Shown here: positions 18,020 to 26,890 of the stretch, piece after piece
Position numbering within the stretch: the stretch's first letter is position 1
How the letters are laid out: the number at the start of each line of letters is the position of its first letter
Origin: a virus
Taxonomy: Duplodnaviria; Caudoviricetes
Virus record (IMG/VR): IMGVR_UViG_3300042342_000098
Span: 1-34,715 of that record
Reading direction: 5' to 3' (one strand)
Length of the DNA stretch: 34,715 nt
Program-made: the position numbers and the translations under genes
Notes under the pieces: model-generated
The model's input: only the letters and a program-made list of their open reading frames with translations
Databases searched by the model: none
What the model was told of the DNA's origin: nothing

Positions 18020-19567
18020 ATGCCAATTAACCCAAATATCGCTTTAGGTATACAGCAACCACAACCCGTCAATATGTTGGGTCAGGTCGGTCAGATGATT
18101 GCGCTCAAGGCTGCAACGGAAGAGATGCGCGGCAACGAAGAGATGCGCAACCTGTTTTCAAGTGGCGTTAACTTTGACGACCCTGATTTCCAGAAACGCG
18201 GTTACATGGCTAACCCCAAAGCGTTTCAGGAGTTGTTGGGCAAACGCGCCACCACGCAAAAGACAGAAATTGAAGCGCTTGGCAAAGAAATTACTTTGCG
18301 TCGCGATGCTTTGGCGAACGTAGACACGCCAGAAGATTATCTTAAATGGCATGAAGCTAACCACACAGGCAGATTAGGTTCGTTCTTTAAGTCTGCGGGG
18401 ATTAGCCCGTCACGCGAAAGCATTATGGCCAAGCTTTCACAGCCTGGTGGTTTGGATAAACTTAAGCGTGAATCAGCACTTGGTGCGACTAAGTTGCAGC
18501 AAGAACTGATGCAAACTGAGCGTACTTACGGTGCCGCTAGCATTAGCGCAGGGCCTGGGTACGAACGCAATCGTATGCAGAGAGAAAAAGACGAATACGA
18601 AAGAAAAAATCCAGCGCTTAAACTAGCGCAAGGCGAAAACGGGTTTTATCTTTACAATGAACGCGATCCTAATTCGGCTGTACCGTTGGGTATGCGTCCG
18701 ACAGCGCCGCCAGCAGCAGCACCCGCGGCGCAACCTAGCGCTGTCAATAACTTAATGATGACAACGCAGCCTACGCCATCACTTAACGCTTTAGTGCAGC
18801 CCGCACCTAATCAAGCAGGGCCTACTGTTGCCGCCGCAAATGCGTTAAATCAGCAGCCAACCATTATTAAGCCTTACCGCGCTGAAGCCGCACCTACACT
18901 TACTGAAGTGGAAGACCCTGCTAATCCAGGTCAAAAGTTGCGAGTTGATGCGCGCACATACAAGGGCGGCACAGTTGGCGACGCAGGTGTGTTGGGCGTG
19001 ACACGTACAGAGTCTTTGACGCCTGCTCAGAAGCAAAAACTTAAAGGCGAGATAAGCAAAGATTACGAAGCTGTTCAGCGTGTTGTTGGCCAAACTAACG
19101 AATTGTTAGAGTCTATTGACGCCGTTAGAAGTAGTAGCTTAGAAAAAGTAGCCGGACCTGTTGATGCGCGTACACCTTCCTTATTTAAAGAAGCCCAAGT
19201 GGCTGACGCAAGGTTTAACAATCTTAAAGGTAAAGTTACAGCAATTGCTAAAGCTAACGCATCTTTGGGCGGCGCAATTGGTTCTATCGCGAACCAAGAA
19301 TGGCAGATTTTGGCTAACCAAATTGCGGTCTTAGACCTTGCAGGCGGAGCAACAGCCAACCTTGAACAGATTGAACGGCTAGAAAGAGACGCAATGAGTA
19401 TTGTTAACCGTATGCGTGATGGGTTTCAACGTCAATATGGCGCAGATATAGAAACTTTAGCGCCTCAATACAAAGACTTGCCAAACGTAAGCTATACGCC
19501 TGGTCAATACACGGAAACAGGTAAGAAAAATTCTCGTATTGACAGCACAAACCCTTGGCTCAAATAA
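18020..19567 (+). CDS. DNA ejection protein 2 (gp20-like position)
   Basis: 515-aa helical protein with a Pro/Ala/Gln linker, assigned by synteny. Confidence 0.65.
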   Translation: MPINPNIALGIQQPQPVNMLGQVGQMIALKAATEEMRGNEEMRNLFSSGVNFDDPDFQKRGYMANPKAFQELLGKRATTQKTEIEALGKEITLRRDALANVDTPEDYLKWHEANHTGRLGSFFKSAGISPSRESIMAKLSQPGGLDKLKRESALGATKLQQELMQTERTYGAASISAGPGYERNRMQREKDEYERKNPALKLAQGENGFYLYNERDPNSAVPLGMRPTAPPAAAPAAQPSAVNNLMMTTQPTPSLNALVQPAPNQAGPTVAAANALNQQPTIIKPYRAEAAPTLTEVEDPANPGQKLRVDARTYKGGTVGDAGVLGVTRTESLTPAQKQKLKGEISKDYEAVQRVVGQTNELLESIDAVRSSSLEKVAGPVDARTPSLFKEAQVADARFNNLKGKVTAIAKANASLGGAIGSIANQEWQILANQIAVLDLAGGATANLEQIERLERDAMSIVNRMRDGFQRQYGADIETLAPQYKDLPNVSYTPGQYTETGKKNSRIDSTNPWLK

Positions 19568-19576
19568 AGGCAAGTT

Positions 19577-21928
19577 ATGGTTAACGCCTCTGAAATTCTT
19601 AAAAGCCCAGATTACATTAACGCCAACGCTGCGACTAAGCTTGCCATTTTTGAAAAGCACGTTGCGTCTGACGAGAATTACGCCAACGCCAACCCACAAA
19701 CACAACGCGCAATTCGCGCTAAGTTTGGTGTTGAGTCTGGCGAAGGTATGCCGCAAGAGCGCACCACAATGCAGGAGATTATGCAGGCTCCTGCCGGCAT
19801 CTATCGCGGCTTTAAAGATGTGACCGATACGTTAATCAAAGGCGGCGCAAGCGCTGTCGATTATCTTGCCGGTACAAACACCCGCGCATCTGTCGATGAA
19901 GCTGCTGCACAAAGTGCTAGAGACTACGAGCAAACCTACGGGAAAAGCACAATAGCAGGCGGTGGTCGTCTTGCAGGCAACATCGTTGCTACCGCACCTG
20001 TCGGTGCTGTGGTGGCTGCGCCATTAAAAGCAGCCGGTGTTGCCGCACCAATTGTTGAATCAATCGCTTCGTCTGGGTTTAGAACTGGTCTTGCCCCCGC
20101 CACGGGCGCTGCCCGTGCAATTGATTTAGGACTTCGAGGCACTGGTGGCGCGGTAACTGGCGGCATAAGCGCGGGGTTAGTTAACCCAGAAGACACGGGA
20201 ATGGGCGCCGCCGTCGGCGCAGTTATTCCAACTGTTGTCGCGCCTGTTGTAAAACAGTTTGCAAAAGGTCTTGGTTTTGCTAAAGACGTTGTTACAGGAC
20301 GTGCAGCCGAAGTTCGTGCGGCAGAGATTGTCCGTAACACGCTTGGCGATCAACTTGAACCCGCCGCAGCGGCGTTATCAAAAGCACGTCCAGGCATTAC
20401 CGCTGTGCAGGCTTTGCAAGAAGCAGGGATTAACGCCGATCCGTTTATGGCGCTCGGCAAACTTGCTGAGAAAATGGACACGGGCACAGCATATCGTCTG
20501 TTGCGCGAATCACAAGAACTTGCGCAAACTAACCAGTTGGCTGCAATGGCTGGTGGTGGCACACAAACCACTGCGCGTGAGTCGCAGAACGTGGCGCGTA
20601 ATGCGTTGACTGATTTGACAACGCCTATGCGTGAGACAGAACTTGGCGCAGCCAATACAGCGCGTAATGTACGGCAACGCTTAGAGCCAACCCTAGGGCA
20701 ACGCCAAGCATCCGCACAAAGCGCACTTCAATTGCAAGGTCAGTTAGCAACGGATGCAGCCCAACAAACAAACCTTTCTATGGGCGGCGCAGTGTCTCCA
20801 CGTTTAGGCGGATCAGGCGTACCCCAACCCGTAGCAGGAATAGTGCCTGGGATGCCACGGCTTTCGCCAAGCATTACCTTGAACGCAGAACGCGCTTCCG
20901 AAGCGTCAAAAGCTGCGGGCGAGGTAGGTGAAATTGTTAAACAGCGTGGGGCAGAAGCTGCGTTTATTCAAAAGCAAATCGACAGTTTGGCGGATTACGG
21001 GCTTAAGCCAATTGACACAAGTAACATTGTTTCAAGCATTACGGCTAAATTAAACGATCCTAAGATTGGCCCCAGCGACGTCAACCAAGCCGTACTGTCA
21101 AAGGTCATTAACAAAATTGAAGAATGGACTGCCAAAGGCGGCGGCGTAATCGACGCTGAAGCACTGTACTCTATTCGCAAGAACGCTGTTGGCGAAGAAA
21201 TTGCCCGACTGTATCCGAACGCAGATGCCAAACAACAAGCGCGCTTTGCGGCCAAACTGTTGTCTGAAATCAAGCCGGCAATCGACGACGCAATTGTTGA
21301 CGCTGGCGGCACAGGTTGGAGACGCTACCTTCAGACCTACGAAACAGGTATGAAAGAGATTGACCAGCAAAAGTTAGCTGCGCTTGCATTGGAAAAGTTT
21401 AAAGGCTCCAAAGAAGAATTTATTAAATTGGTGCGCGGCAACAATCCAGACGCAGTTGAAGACATCTTTGGCCCTGGTAGCTTTAACATCTTTAAAGAGA
21501 TGGGGCGTAAGTCTGGTCAGCTAGAAGATATTGCAAATCAATTGTCGCGCGACATCAAAGTAACTGAGCAAGCTACGGCGGGTGCCGGTGGTTTAGCGCG
21601 CATCATGGGTATGTCAGAAAAGGAAATTGGACGTATCCCAGCGTTTTTTAGCGTCACAGCAACGACTATAAACAAGGCGCTAGACGTGCTAGAAGGAAGA
21701 GTTACTAATCAAGTTAAACAGATACTTGTTGACGGCATGAAGGACGGCAAAAGCGTTGCCGAATTGATCCAAAAGTTACCGTCCAAAGATCGTAATGTTG
21801 TGCTGCGCACGTTGATGAAAAGCGATAAATGGAACCCAGAAGGTGTTACTGCTCCTGTACAATTGTTTGTTGACCGCAAGAACAACTTGGCGCCTGAACA
21901 AAAAAACCGCAACTCTCTGAGGCCGTAG
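19577..21928 (+). CDS. DNA ejection protein 3 (gp16-like position)
   Basis: 783 aa with Gly/Ala-rich hydrophobic segments followed by a helical domain. Last gene before the lysis cassette. Confidence 0.65.
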   Translation: MVNASEILKSPDYINANAATKLAIFEKHVASDENYANANPQTQRAIRAKFGVESGEGMPQERTTMQEIMQAPAGIYRGFKDVTDTLIKGGASAVDYLAGTNTRASVDEAAAQSARDYEQTYGKSTIAGGGRLAGNIVATAPVGAVVAAPLKAAGVAAPIVESIASSGFRTGLAPATGAARAIDLGLRGTGGAVTGGISAGLVNPEDTGMGAAVGAVIPTVVAPVVKQFAKGLGFAKDVVTGRAAEVRAAEIVRNTLGDQLEPAAAALSKARPGITAVQALQEAGINADPFMALGKLAEKMDTGTAYRLLRESQELAQTNQLAAMAGGGTQTTARESQNVARNALTDLTTPMRETELGAANTARNVRQRLEPTLGQRQASAQSALQLQGQLATDAAQQTNLSMGGAVSPRLGGSGVPQPVAGIVPGMPRLSPSITLNAERASEASKAAGEVGEIVKQRGAEAAFIQKQIDSLADYGLKPIDTSNIVSSITAKLNDPKIGPSDVNQAVLSKVINKIEEWTAKGGGVIDAEALYSIRKNAVGEEIARLYPNADAKQQARFAAKLLSEIKPAIDDAIVDAGGTGWRRYLQTYETGMKEIDQQKLAALALEKFKGSKEEFIKLVRGNNPDAVEDIFGPGSFNIFKEMGRKSGQLEDIANQLSRDIKVTEQATAGAGGLARIMGMSEKEIGRIPAFFSVTATTINKALDVLEGRVTNQVKQILVDGMKDGKSVAELIQKLPSKDRNVVLRTLMKSDKWNPEGVTAPVQLFVDRKNNLAPEQKNRNSLRP

Positions 21929-21929
21929 C

Positions 21930-22100
21930 ATGGATTTTCAATTTATGATTAACCTTGGTGGTGCCACAGCAATTGGCGTTGGTGGATGGTTTGCCAGACA
22001 GCTTTGGGATTCAGTCAAAGAGTTGAAAAGAGAAGTCAGCGATATGCGTCTGCACGTCGCAGATAACTACGTCAAGAAGTCTGAAGTCGATGGAAAATAA
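21930..22100 (+). CDS. Small single-TM/coiled-coil protein (holin- or antiholin-like), 56 aa (absent from ORF track)
   Basis: Hand translation: MDFQFMINLGGATAIGVGGWFARQLWDSVKELKREVSDMRLHVADNYVKKSEVDGK. Confidence 0.65.
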   Translation: MDFQFMINLGGATAIGVGGWFARQLWDSVKELKREVSDMRLHVADNYVKKSEVDGK

Positions 22101-22698
22101 AGACGCTAAAGATACGCTAATGGGCGTACTCTCATACATTGATTCGCCGTTTAAATTGATTGTTGTTCTGCTGCTTGGTGTGGTTGGTTTTGTAGGCTAT
22201 TTTGTTTATACCCACCAAGGCGTGATGCTTGGCGCGTATATGCAGTCACGCGAATTGCCCAAACTCGATGACTCTCGATTCGATGATGCAGCAGCGATGC
22301 TATTCAAAGAGACGGGCGCAGAGGTCGTGTCGATATTTACTGTTGACCCGATTCTGAATAAGCGTGTGCTGGTTCGCGCCTACACCAAGACCGGAGGGCG
22401 ACAGAAGTCGCTCGAAGGCGTGGATATCAAGCTGTTCTCAAACAACGCGAGCAACAACAACGATGTCATCAAATTGATGAACGGTGAACTTCCATGCGGC
22501 CCTTACACACGCCCACGGAGCGTCGCTGGTTTGTTCTATATCAGCCAAGGTGTTCAGTACAGCTGTCGTGTGAGTTCACCCGCTGCGAGGGAACAGTTCG
22601 TGGGGCAAATTACAGCCGGGTGGGTGGCTGAACCGGACCTTGAACACGCCCGTGCAATCCTGACCATTGTGGCTGATATGTTGGTCAAGGGAAAGTAA
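22090..22698 (+). CDS. Putative class III (T4 T-like) holin: one TM plus large soluble domain
   Basis: 202 aa, single TM LIVVLLLGVVGFVGYFVY, then a ~155-aa alpha/beta domain with two Cys. Located in the lysis cassette. Confidence 0.55.
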   Translation: MENKDAKDTLMGVLSYIDSPFKLIVVLLLGVVGFVGYFVYTHQGVMLGAYMQSRELPKLDDSRFDDAAAMLFKETGAEVVSIFTVDPILNKRVLVRAYTKTGGRQKSLEGVDIKLFSNNASNNNDVIKLMNGELPCGPYTRPRSVAGLFYISQGVQYSCRVSSPAAREQFVGQITAGWVAEPDLEHARAILTIVADMLVKGK

Positions 22699-23111
22699 TG
22701 CTTCTGTACGCCAAGATAGCCGCTGCCGTGATTGCATTGGGCATTGCTTATTGGCAAGGCTATTCGACGATGAAAGACAAGCACCTGCTTTTTGTTGCAG
22801 AGGTTAAGGCTGTGGGCGAGGCACAAGAGGCTGCTAATCGTAGTGCCGTTGAGATTGCGGAAGTCATCACAGAATCAGTCAAGGAAAATTATGAGAATCA
22901 AATTGCTAGTCTGCGTACTAAGTACAATTCTGTTGGGAGGGTGTGCGACATCAATCCCAACAGCGGTAAAGTGTCCGCCGTTCCCAAACCCACCAGCGGA
23001 ACTTATGACCCCACCACCGACTCAAAACTTATTGTCAACTGCGCCGAAACAACTGCACAGCTTGAAGCGCTCCAAAAATGGGTAAAGAAACAAAGTGAGG
23101 TAAAAAGATGA
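22698..23111 (+). CDS. Rz: Inner-membrane spanin (Rz-like)
   Basis: N-terminal TM anchor, coiled coil, C-terminal CAETTAQLEALQKWV, and an embedded lipoprotein gene. Confidence 0.85.
   Translation: MLLYAKIAAAVIALGIAYWQGYSTMKDKHLLFVAEVKAVGEAQEAANRSAVEIAEVITESVKENYENQIASLRTKYNSVGRVCDINPNSGKVSAVPKPTSGTYDPTTDSKLIVNCAETTAQLEALQKWVKKQSEVKR
22891..23085 (+). CDS. Rz1: Outer-membrane lipoprotein spanin (Rz1-like), embedded in Rz
   Basis: AAGGA RBS, MRIKLLVCVLSTILLGG-C lipobox, Pro-rich CPPFPNPPAELMTPPP, +1 frame inside Rz. Confidence 0.85.
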   Translation: MRIKLLVCVLSTILLGGCATSIPTAVKCPPFPNPPAELMTPPPTQNLLSTAPKQLHSLKRSKNG

Positions 23112-23569
23112 TTACGCAACAAGAATTGTTGGATCGTTTTGAATACCGCAACGGTGAGTTAATCCGTAAAATAAACAATAAACCTATGAAAGGCATGAGT
23201 AATTCTGGTTATCTGCGCGCCAACATTAACGGAACGATTTATTTAGTTCATCGTCTTATTTTTATGATGCATTACGGTTATTTGCCAAAGTACATTGATC
23301 ATATTGATGGTAATACTGTTAACAACAATATTGTAAATTTAAGAGATGCATCGCTTTCAGAAAATGCGTGGAATCGACGAATTAATAAAAATTCCGTTAC
23401 TAAAGTAAAAGGGGTTAGATTGCACAATTGCGGCAAATACCAAGTTAGATTACAAGTTAACAAAAAAAGTATGAATTTTGGTTTATATAACGATTTAGAA
23501 CTTGCAGAATTAGTTGCTACCGAAGCTAGAAATAAATATCACAAGGAATTTGCAAATCATGGCTATTAA
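23108..23569 (+). CDS. Free-standing HNH homing endonuclease (HNH_3 plus AP2-like domain)
   Basis: YLVHRLIFMMHYG, IDHIDGNTVNNNIVNLR, ENAWN, VKGV...KYQVRL...FGLY. Visibly more AT-rich than its flanks. Confidence 0.9.
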   Translation: MITQQELLDRFEYRNGELIRKINNKPMKGMSNSGYLRANINGTIYLVHRLIFMMHYGYLPKYIDHIDGNTVNNNIVNLRDASLSENAWNRRINKNSVTKVKGVRLHNCGKYQVRLQVNKKSMNFGLYNDLELAELVATEARNKYHKEFANHGY

Positions 23570-24098
23570 TAATTGGAAGCAGGCGTTTGAGCAGATGCTG
23601 GCAAGTGAAGGCGGGTTTACCGATGACACCCGTGATCCAGGCAATGCCCTGCCTGATGGTCGCGCAGGCTCAACCATGCTTGGCGTCACCCAGTACAACT
23701 GGGAGCAACACATTGGACACCAAGTCACGCACGATCAGATGCGTAAACTGACTCCTGCTGATGTCGAGCCACTGTACAAAAAGAAGTACTGGGACGCTGT
23801 TCGCGCTGACGAACTGCCAAGCGGGATTGATTATATGATTTTTGACATGGGTGTTAATTCAGGTCCAGGCCGCGCCATTAAGTTGTTGCAGTCTGCCGTA
23901 GGCGTTCCTGCTGATGGTGGGCTTGGCCCGATCTCAATGGCGGCTGTCTTGGCTGCTGACCCTGTTGAACTGATTGAAAAGTTCAGCGCAGAAAAAGAAG
24001 CCTTTTACCGCAGCCTCAAAACATTTGAGACATACGGCAAAGGCTGGCTAAATCGTGTTGCTGCGGTCAAAGTTAAAGCCAATTCAATGTTAGCGTAA
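23559..24098 (+). CDS. Endolysin, glycoside hydrolase family 108 with peptidoglycan-binding domain
   Basis: SEGGFTDDTRDPG, TMLGVT, YKKKYWD, FDMGVNSGPGRAIKLLQ, DGGLGPIS and YGKGWLNRV. AAGGA RBS before ATG 23559. Confidence 0.92.
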   Translation: MAINNWKQAFEQMLASEGGFTDDTRDPGNALPDGRAGSTMLGVTQYNWEQHIGHQVTHDQMRKLTPADVEPLYKKKYWDAVRADELPSGIDYMIFDMGVNSGPGRAIKLLQSAVGVPADGGLGPISMAAVLAADPVELIEKFSAEKEAFYRSLKTFETYGKGWLNRVAAVKVKANSMLA

Positions 24099-24275
24099 GC
24101 CTGGTACCCAGCCGAATTTGCGCCATGTCTTTTGGACATCGGTAGCAGCGGCTGGGACGTAGACGAAATTAGGATCGTCGGTCAAAGGGCATGGCAGCTT
24201 CTTCATGCAGCGATCATTTGTGTCGCACAAGATGATGTGTTCGCAAACACAGATGTCTTTAGTCGTAGTGTACAT
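24090..24275 (-). CDS. Hypothetical small phage protein
   Basis: 61 aa with a Cys-rich N-half and a DPNFVYVPAAATDVQKTWRKFGW C-half. Start uncertain. Confidence 0.6.
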   Translation of the reverse strand: MYTTTKDICVCEHIILCDTNDRCMKKLPCPLTDDPNFVYVPAAATDVQKTWRKFGWVPGLR

Positions 24276-24372
24276 AGCGTAGTTTCCCTGAAATGGCGAT
24301 TAGTTCCGGTTGATGTTTCTTAGCTTTCTCTGCTGCTAGTTTTAATGCTGGTGGTAACTTGTAAGGCTTCAC
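24259..24372 (-). CDS. Possible 37-aa basic protein (GTG start)
   Basis: MKPYKLPPALKLAAEKAKKHQPELIAISGKLRYVHYD bridges the gap between neighbours. Weak RBS. Confidence 0.35.
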   Translation of the reverse strand: MKPYKLPPALKLAAEKAKKHQPELIAISGKLRYVHYD

Positions 24373-24613
24373 GTCGTTCAATTTCTCTGTTGACATACCA
24401 CACCGCCTTTTTTAAGTCTTCAATTGCGTCGTGTTTGAGATCAGCGCGCCAAATATACTTTACTGCATTACCCAAGCAAAAGTTCATAGTTTCTGTAATC
24501 TGGATACATTCCACGCCAGACGGGTGTGCTGTGTAGTGGGGTGGGTGGTTGACCAAATCGTTAATCTCTCTAAGCGTGTCGCGCGCAATGTCGCCTACGG
24601 TCATAGGGTTCAT
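24320..24613 (-). CDS. DUF3310 family protein
   Basis: DLVNHPPHY...ECIQI...FCLGNAVKYIWRA...EDLKKAVWY signature. Confidence 0.9.
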   Translation of the reverse strand: MNPMTVGDIARDTLREINDLVNHPPHYTAHPSGVECIQITETMNFCLGNAVKYIWRADLKHDAIEDLKKAVWYVNREIERREALQVTTSIKTSSRES

Positions 24614-24801
24614 GGTGTTGTGGCCTCCTTCAGTATTTCAATCCGTTCGCGCATCACGCGCAAAGTGTTGCCACGCTGATGCAAGCGCAGGATCATAGAC
24701 GCCCTGCGTGGTCCGTTAAGTTCTTCCTCTAGCAACGCAAACACCTCGTCTTCCGACAAGCTGCTCAGTCTGCTATTCAGATTTCGCCAAGTGGTTTTCA
24801 A
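24610..24801 (-). CDS. Hypothetical 63-aa protein
   Basis: TTG start at 24801 with GGAG RBS (alternative ATG at 24819) and an ATGA overlap downstream. Confidence 0.65.
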   Translation of the reverse strand: MKTTWRNLNSRLSSLSEDEVFALLEEELNGPRRASMILRLHQRGNTLRVMRERIEILKEATTP

Positions 24802-24937
24802 TTTTCTTCTCCAAGTCATGTATGGTTCGGTGGGTGTTGTTAAGCGCGCGCACGACAGCCCTCGCATGACGCCCATGTATCTTAAGTTCTGCCTTCGCAG
24901 CTTTTAGTTTGGCATTCCATAAATCTAATCTTTTCAT
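24773..24937 (-). CDS. Hypothetical 54-aa coiled-coil protein
   Basis: MKRLDLWNAKLKAAKAELK..., with GGAG RBS and an ATGA overlap with the upstream gene. Confidence 0.65.
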   Translation of the reverse strand: MKRLDLWNAKLKAAKAELKIHGRHARAVVRALNNTHRTIHDLEKKIENHLAKSE

Positions 24938-25377
24938 GCTATCTCCGTAAATAACCACGCTGACGCAGGGTCTGGGTGCGGGTGAAACCGCTCCATAAAT
25001 TTAATGTGTTCGCCGTGTTGAAACGAATAATCTTTTGAATGTATCGTGGACACCCATCCGTTGTTAGGCGCCACAGGCGCGTAGGGGTCGTAGTCTTTGC
25101 GTTTGGTAAGCGCCCTTCTTGCTGCGTCTTGTTTTGATTTTCTCTTAGCGACAAGCACAACAGATTCACCCCCACCTAATTTATATGCCTTGGTCATAAC
25201 ACCGTGTTTACCCTTGCGCCACTCACACACATAAATATGACCCATATCTTCTAACAAGCGCAGATGCTTAGACGTAGCTTTAGTCTCTGACCCGACCTCT
25301 AACGCAATCTCGGCTGCCGTCATACTTGGTCGTGTTTTAAGAAGATCAATAATTGTTTGCTGCTTGGGGCTAATCAT
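24934..25377 (-). CDS. Winged helix-turn-helix DNA-binding protein
   Basis: QQTIIDLLKTRPSMTAAEIALEVG...TSKHLRLLEDMGHI. AAGGAG RBS before ATG 25377. Confidence 0.75.
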   Translation of the reverse strand: MISPKQQTIIDLLKTRPSMTAAEIALEVGSETKATSKHLRLLEDMGHIYVCEWRKGKHGVMTKAYKLGGGESVVLVAKRKSKQDAARRALTKRKDYDPYAPVAPNNGWVSTIHSKDYSFQHGEHIKFMERFHPHPDPASAWLFTEIA

Positions 25378-25562
25378 TTCGGCTCCTTCTTTAAGCAACG
25401 GTCGTATAACTCGCAACGCTCTGGGTTGGCGCAGTCACACTTAATTAGTTTTACTTGGTTGGCTGCGCTCCATCCAGCGCACCACGCTTTGTATGCAAAC
25501 CCTTGTGACTTCGTGCCTTCTAAGCTGTCGTACCAAAGGCTAAACAACACATCTTTATTCAT
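25374..25562 (-). CDS. Hypothetical 62-aa protein with Cys cluster
   Basis: ATGA overlaps on both sides, GGAG RBS, CDCANPERCELYDRC. Confidence 0.65.
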   Translation of the reverse strand: MNKDVLFSLWYDSLEGTKSQGFAYKAWCAGWSAANQVKLIKCDCANPERCELYDRCLKKEPK

Positions 25563-26890
25563 TTCAACGCCTCCATAGCGATGTCAGACACGGCGCGCTT
25601 GTCATGCAACGCGCCCCAAATTTTCTCATCAACAGTTTTGTTGGTGAGCATTATATAAACCCAGACATCGTGCTGTTGTCCTGATCGGTGCAGTCGTCCG
25701 ACGGTCTGCTCGAACAACTCAAGACTCCAAGGCAGTGACAGAAAGACCATCCGGCAACCGCCGTGTTGCAAGTTAAGACCGTGGCCTGCTGACTTGGGGT
25801 GGACAAGTAGCAACTCCACTTCTCCCGCATTCCAGCGTTCGATAGCGCGGTCATCGTCAAGGGTGACGGCGTGTTTGTATCGGCGCTTGAGTTCTGCAAG
25901 TTCTTCTTTGTAGTTGTAGGCGATGATGGTGTTGGCACGTTGATTCTCCTGAAGTAAATCATCTAGCGCATCAAACTTATGCTTGCTAAACCAAATGGGC
26001 GTTTGTGTAACCGCAAACTTACCTGGTGCGTCACTCGCCACGCTTGTGGTGTCATAGACAAAGCCAGACGCCATCTGTTGCAGCTTGCCTGTCACAACCG
26101 CTGCGTTAATGGCTGCGATTTGACTGTCACCAAACTGCACCACAAAGTCTTTCTTCATGGTGTTGTACTCAGTCATTACCATGTCGCAGCGCATCTCGAC
26201 CATGTGACAGGGCGGCAGCTTATCTGCGTACACACCAGGCTCTAGCACATAGGTAGCGGGCTTAATGACATCCATCACACGCTTGAGCGAACCTGGGCGC
26301 GGCATCCACTCGCCGTACTCAGGGTTCATCAGCACAAAGTACTGCTGCATGAACGCACCCTTGCTGCGCCCTAACAACTTCTGGTCAACAATCTTGCACT
26401 GCCCGAACACGTCCTCTAAACCATTGCTTGTAAACGATCCGGTCAAGCCCCAACGCACACCCATCTTGTCGATGACTTTATTGAGCGCCTTGAAGCGCGC
26501 GCCTGATGGGTTCTTCAAGCGTGTCAGTTCGTCAAACACAATGGCATCAAAGTTTAATTCTTGCTCAGACAGCCATTGCAAGTTGTCGTAGTTGGTCACC
26601 ACGATGTCGCTGTGTGAGTTAAGCGCAGACAGACGTTCAGCCGGTGTGCCAACAGCCACGCGCATATACAAATTGGGCGCCCACTTCAATACTTCTACTG
26701 GCCACACATCCGTACACACGCGCTTAGGCGCTAACACTAAGAAGCGTCGCACAATCTTGTCGTTGAGCGCGTCCTTCATTGCGGTCAATGTAATCGCGGT
26801 CTTGCCTGCGCCCACGGGCGCCAAGATCATCGCACGATCACTCTCATATAGAAAGTCAGCCGCGTCATTCTGATAAGGTCTTAGTTCCAT
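25559..26890 (-). CDS. SNF2-family (SF2) helicase
   Basis: ELRPYQ Q-motif, GAGKT, VFDEL, LTGS, SAGHGLNLQ, QTVGRLHRSGQ. Confidence 0.92.
   Translation of the reverse strand: MELRPYQNDAADFLYESDRAMILAPVGAGKTAITLTAMKDALNDKIVRRFLVLAPKRVCTDVWPVEVLKWAPNLYMRVAVGTPAERLSALNSHSDIVVTNYDNLQWLSEQELNFDAIVFDELTRLKNPSGARFKALNKVIDKMGVRWGLTGSFTSNGLEDVFGQCKIVDQKLLGRSKGAFMQQYFVLMNPEYGEWMPRPGSLKRVMDVIKPATYVLEPGVYADKLPPCHMVEMRCDMVMTEYNTMKKDFVVQFGDSQIAAINAAVVTGKLQQMASGFVYDTTSVASDAPGKFAVTQTPIWFSKHKFDALDDLLQENQRANTIIAYNYKEELAELKRRYKHAVTLDDDRAIERWNAGEVELLLVHPKSAGHGLNLQHGGCRMVFLSLPWSLELFEQTVGRLHRSGQQHDVWVYIMLTNKTVDEKIWGALHDKRAVSDIAMEALK

Noticed and set aside
23108-23569. Group I intron housing the HNH gene
   Set aside because: The flanking genes are intact and directly overlap the HNH ORF, leaving no room for an intron core
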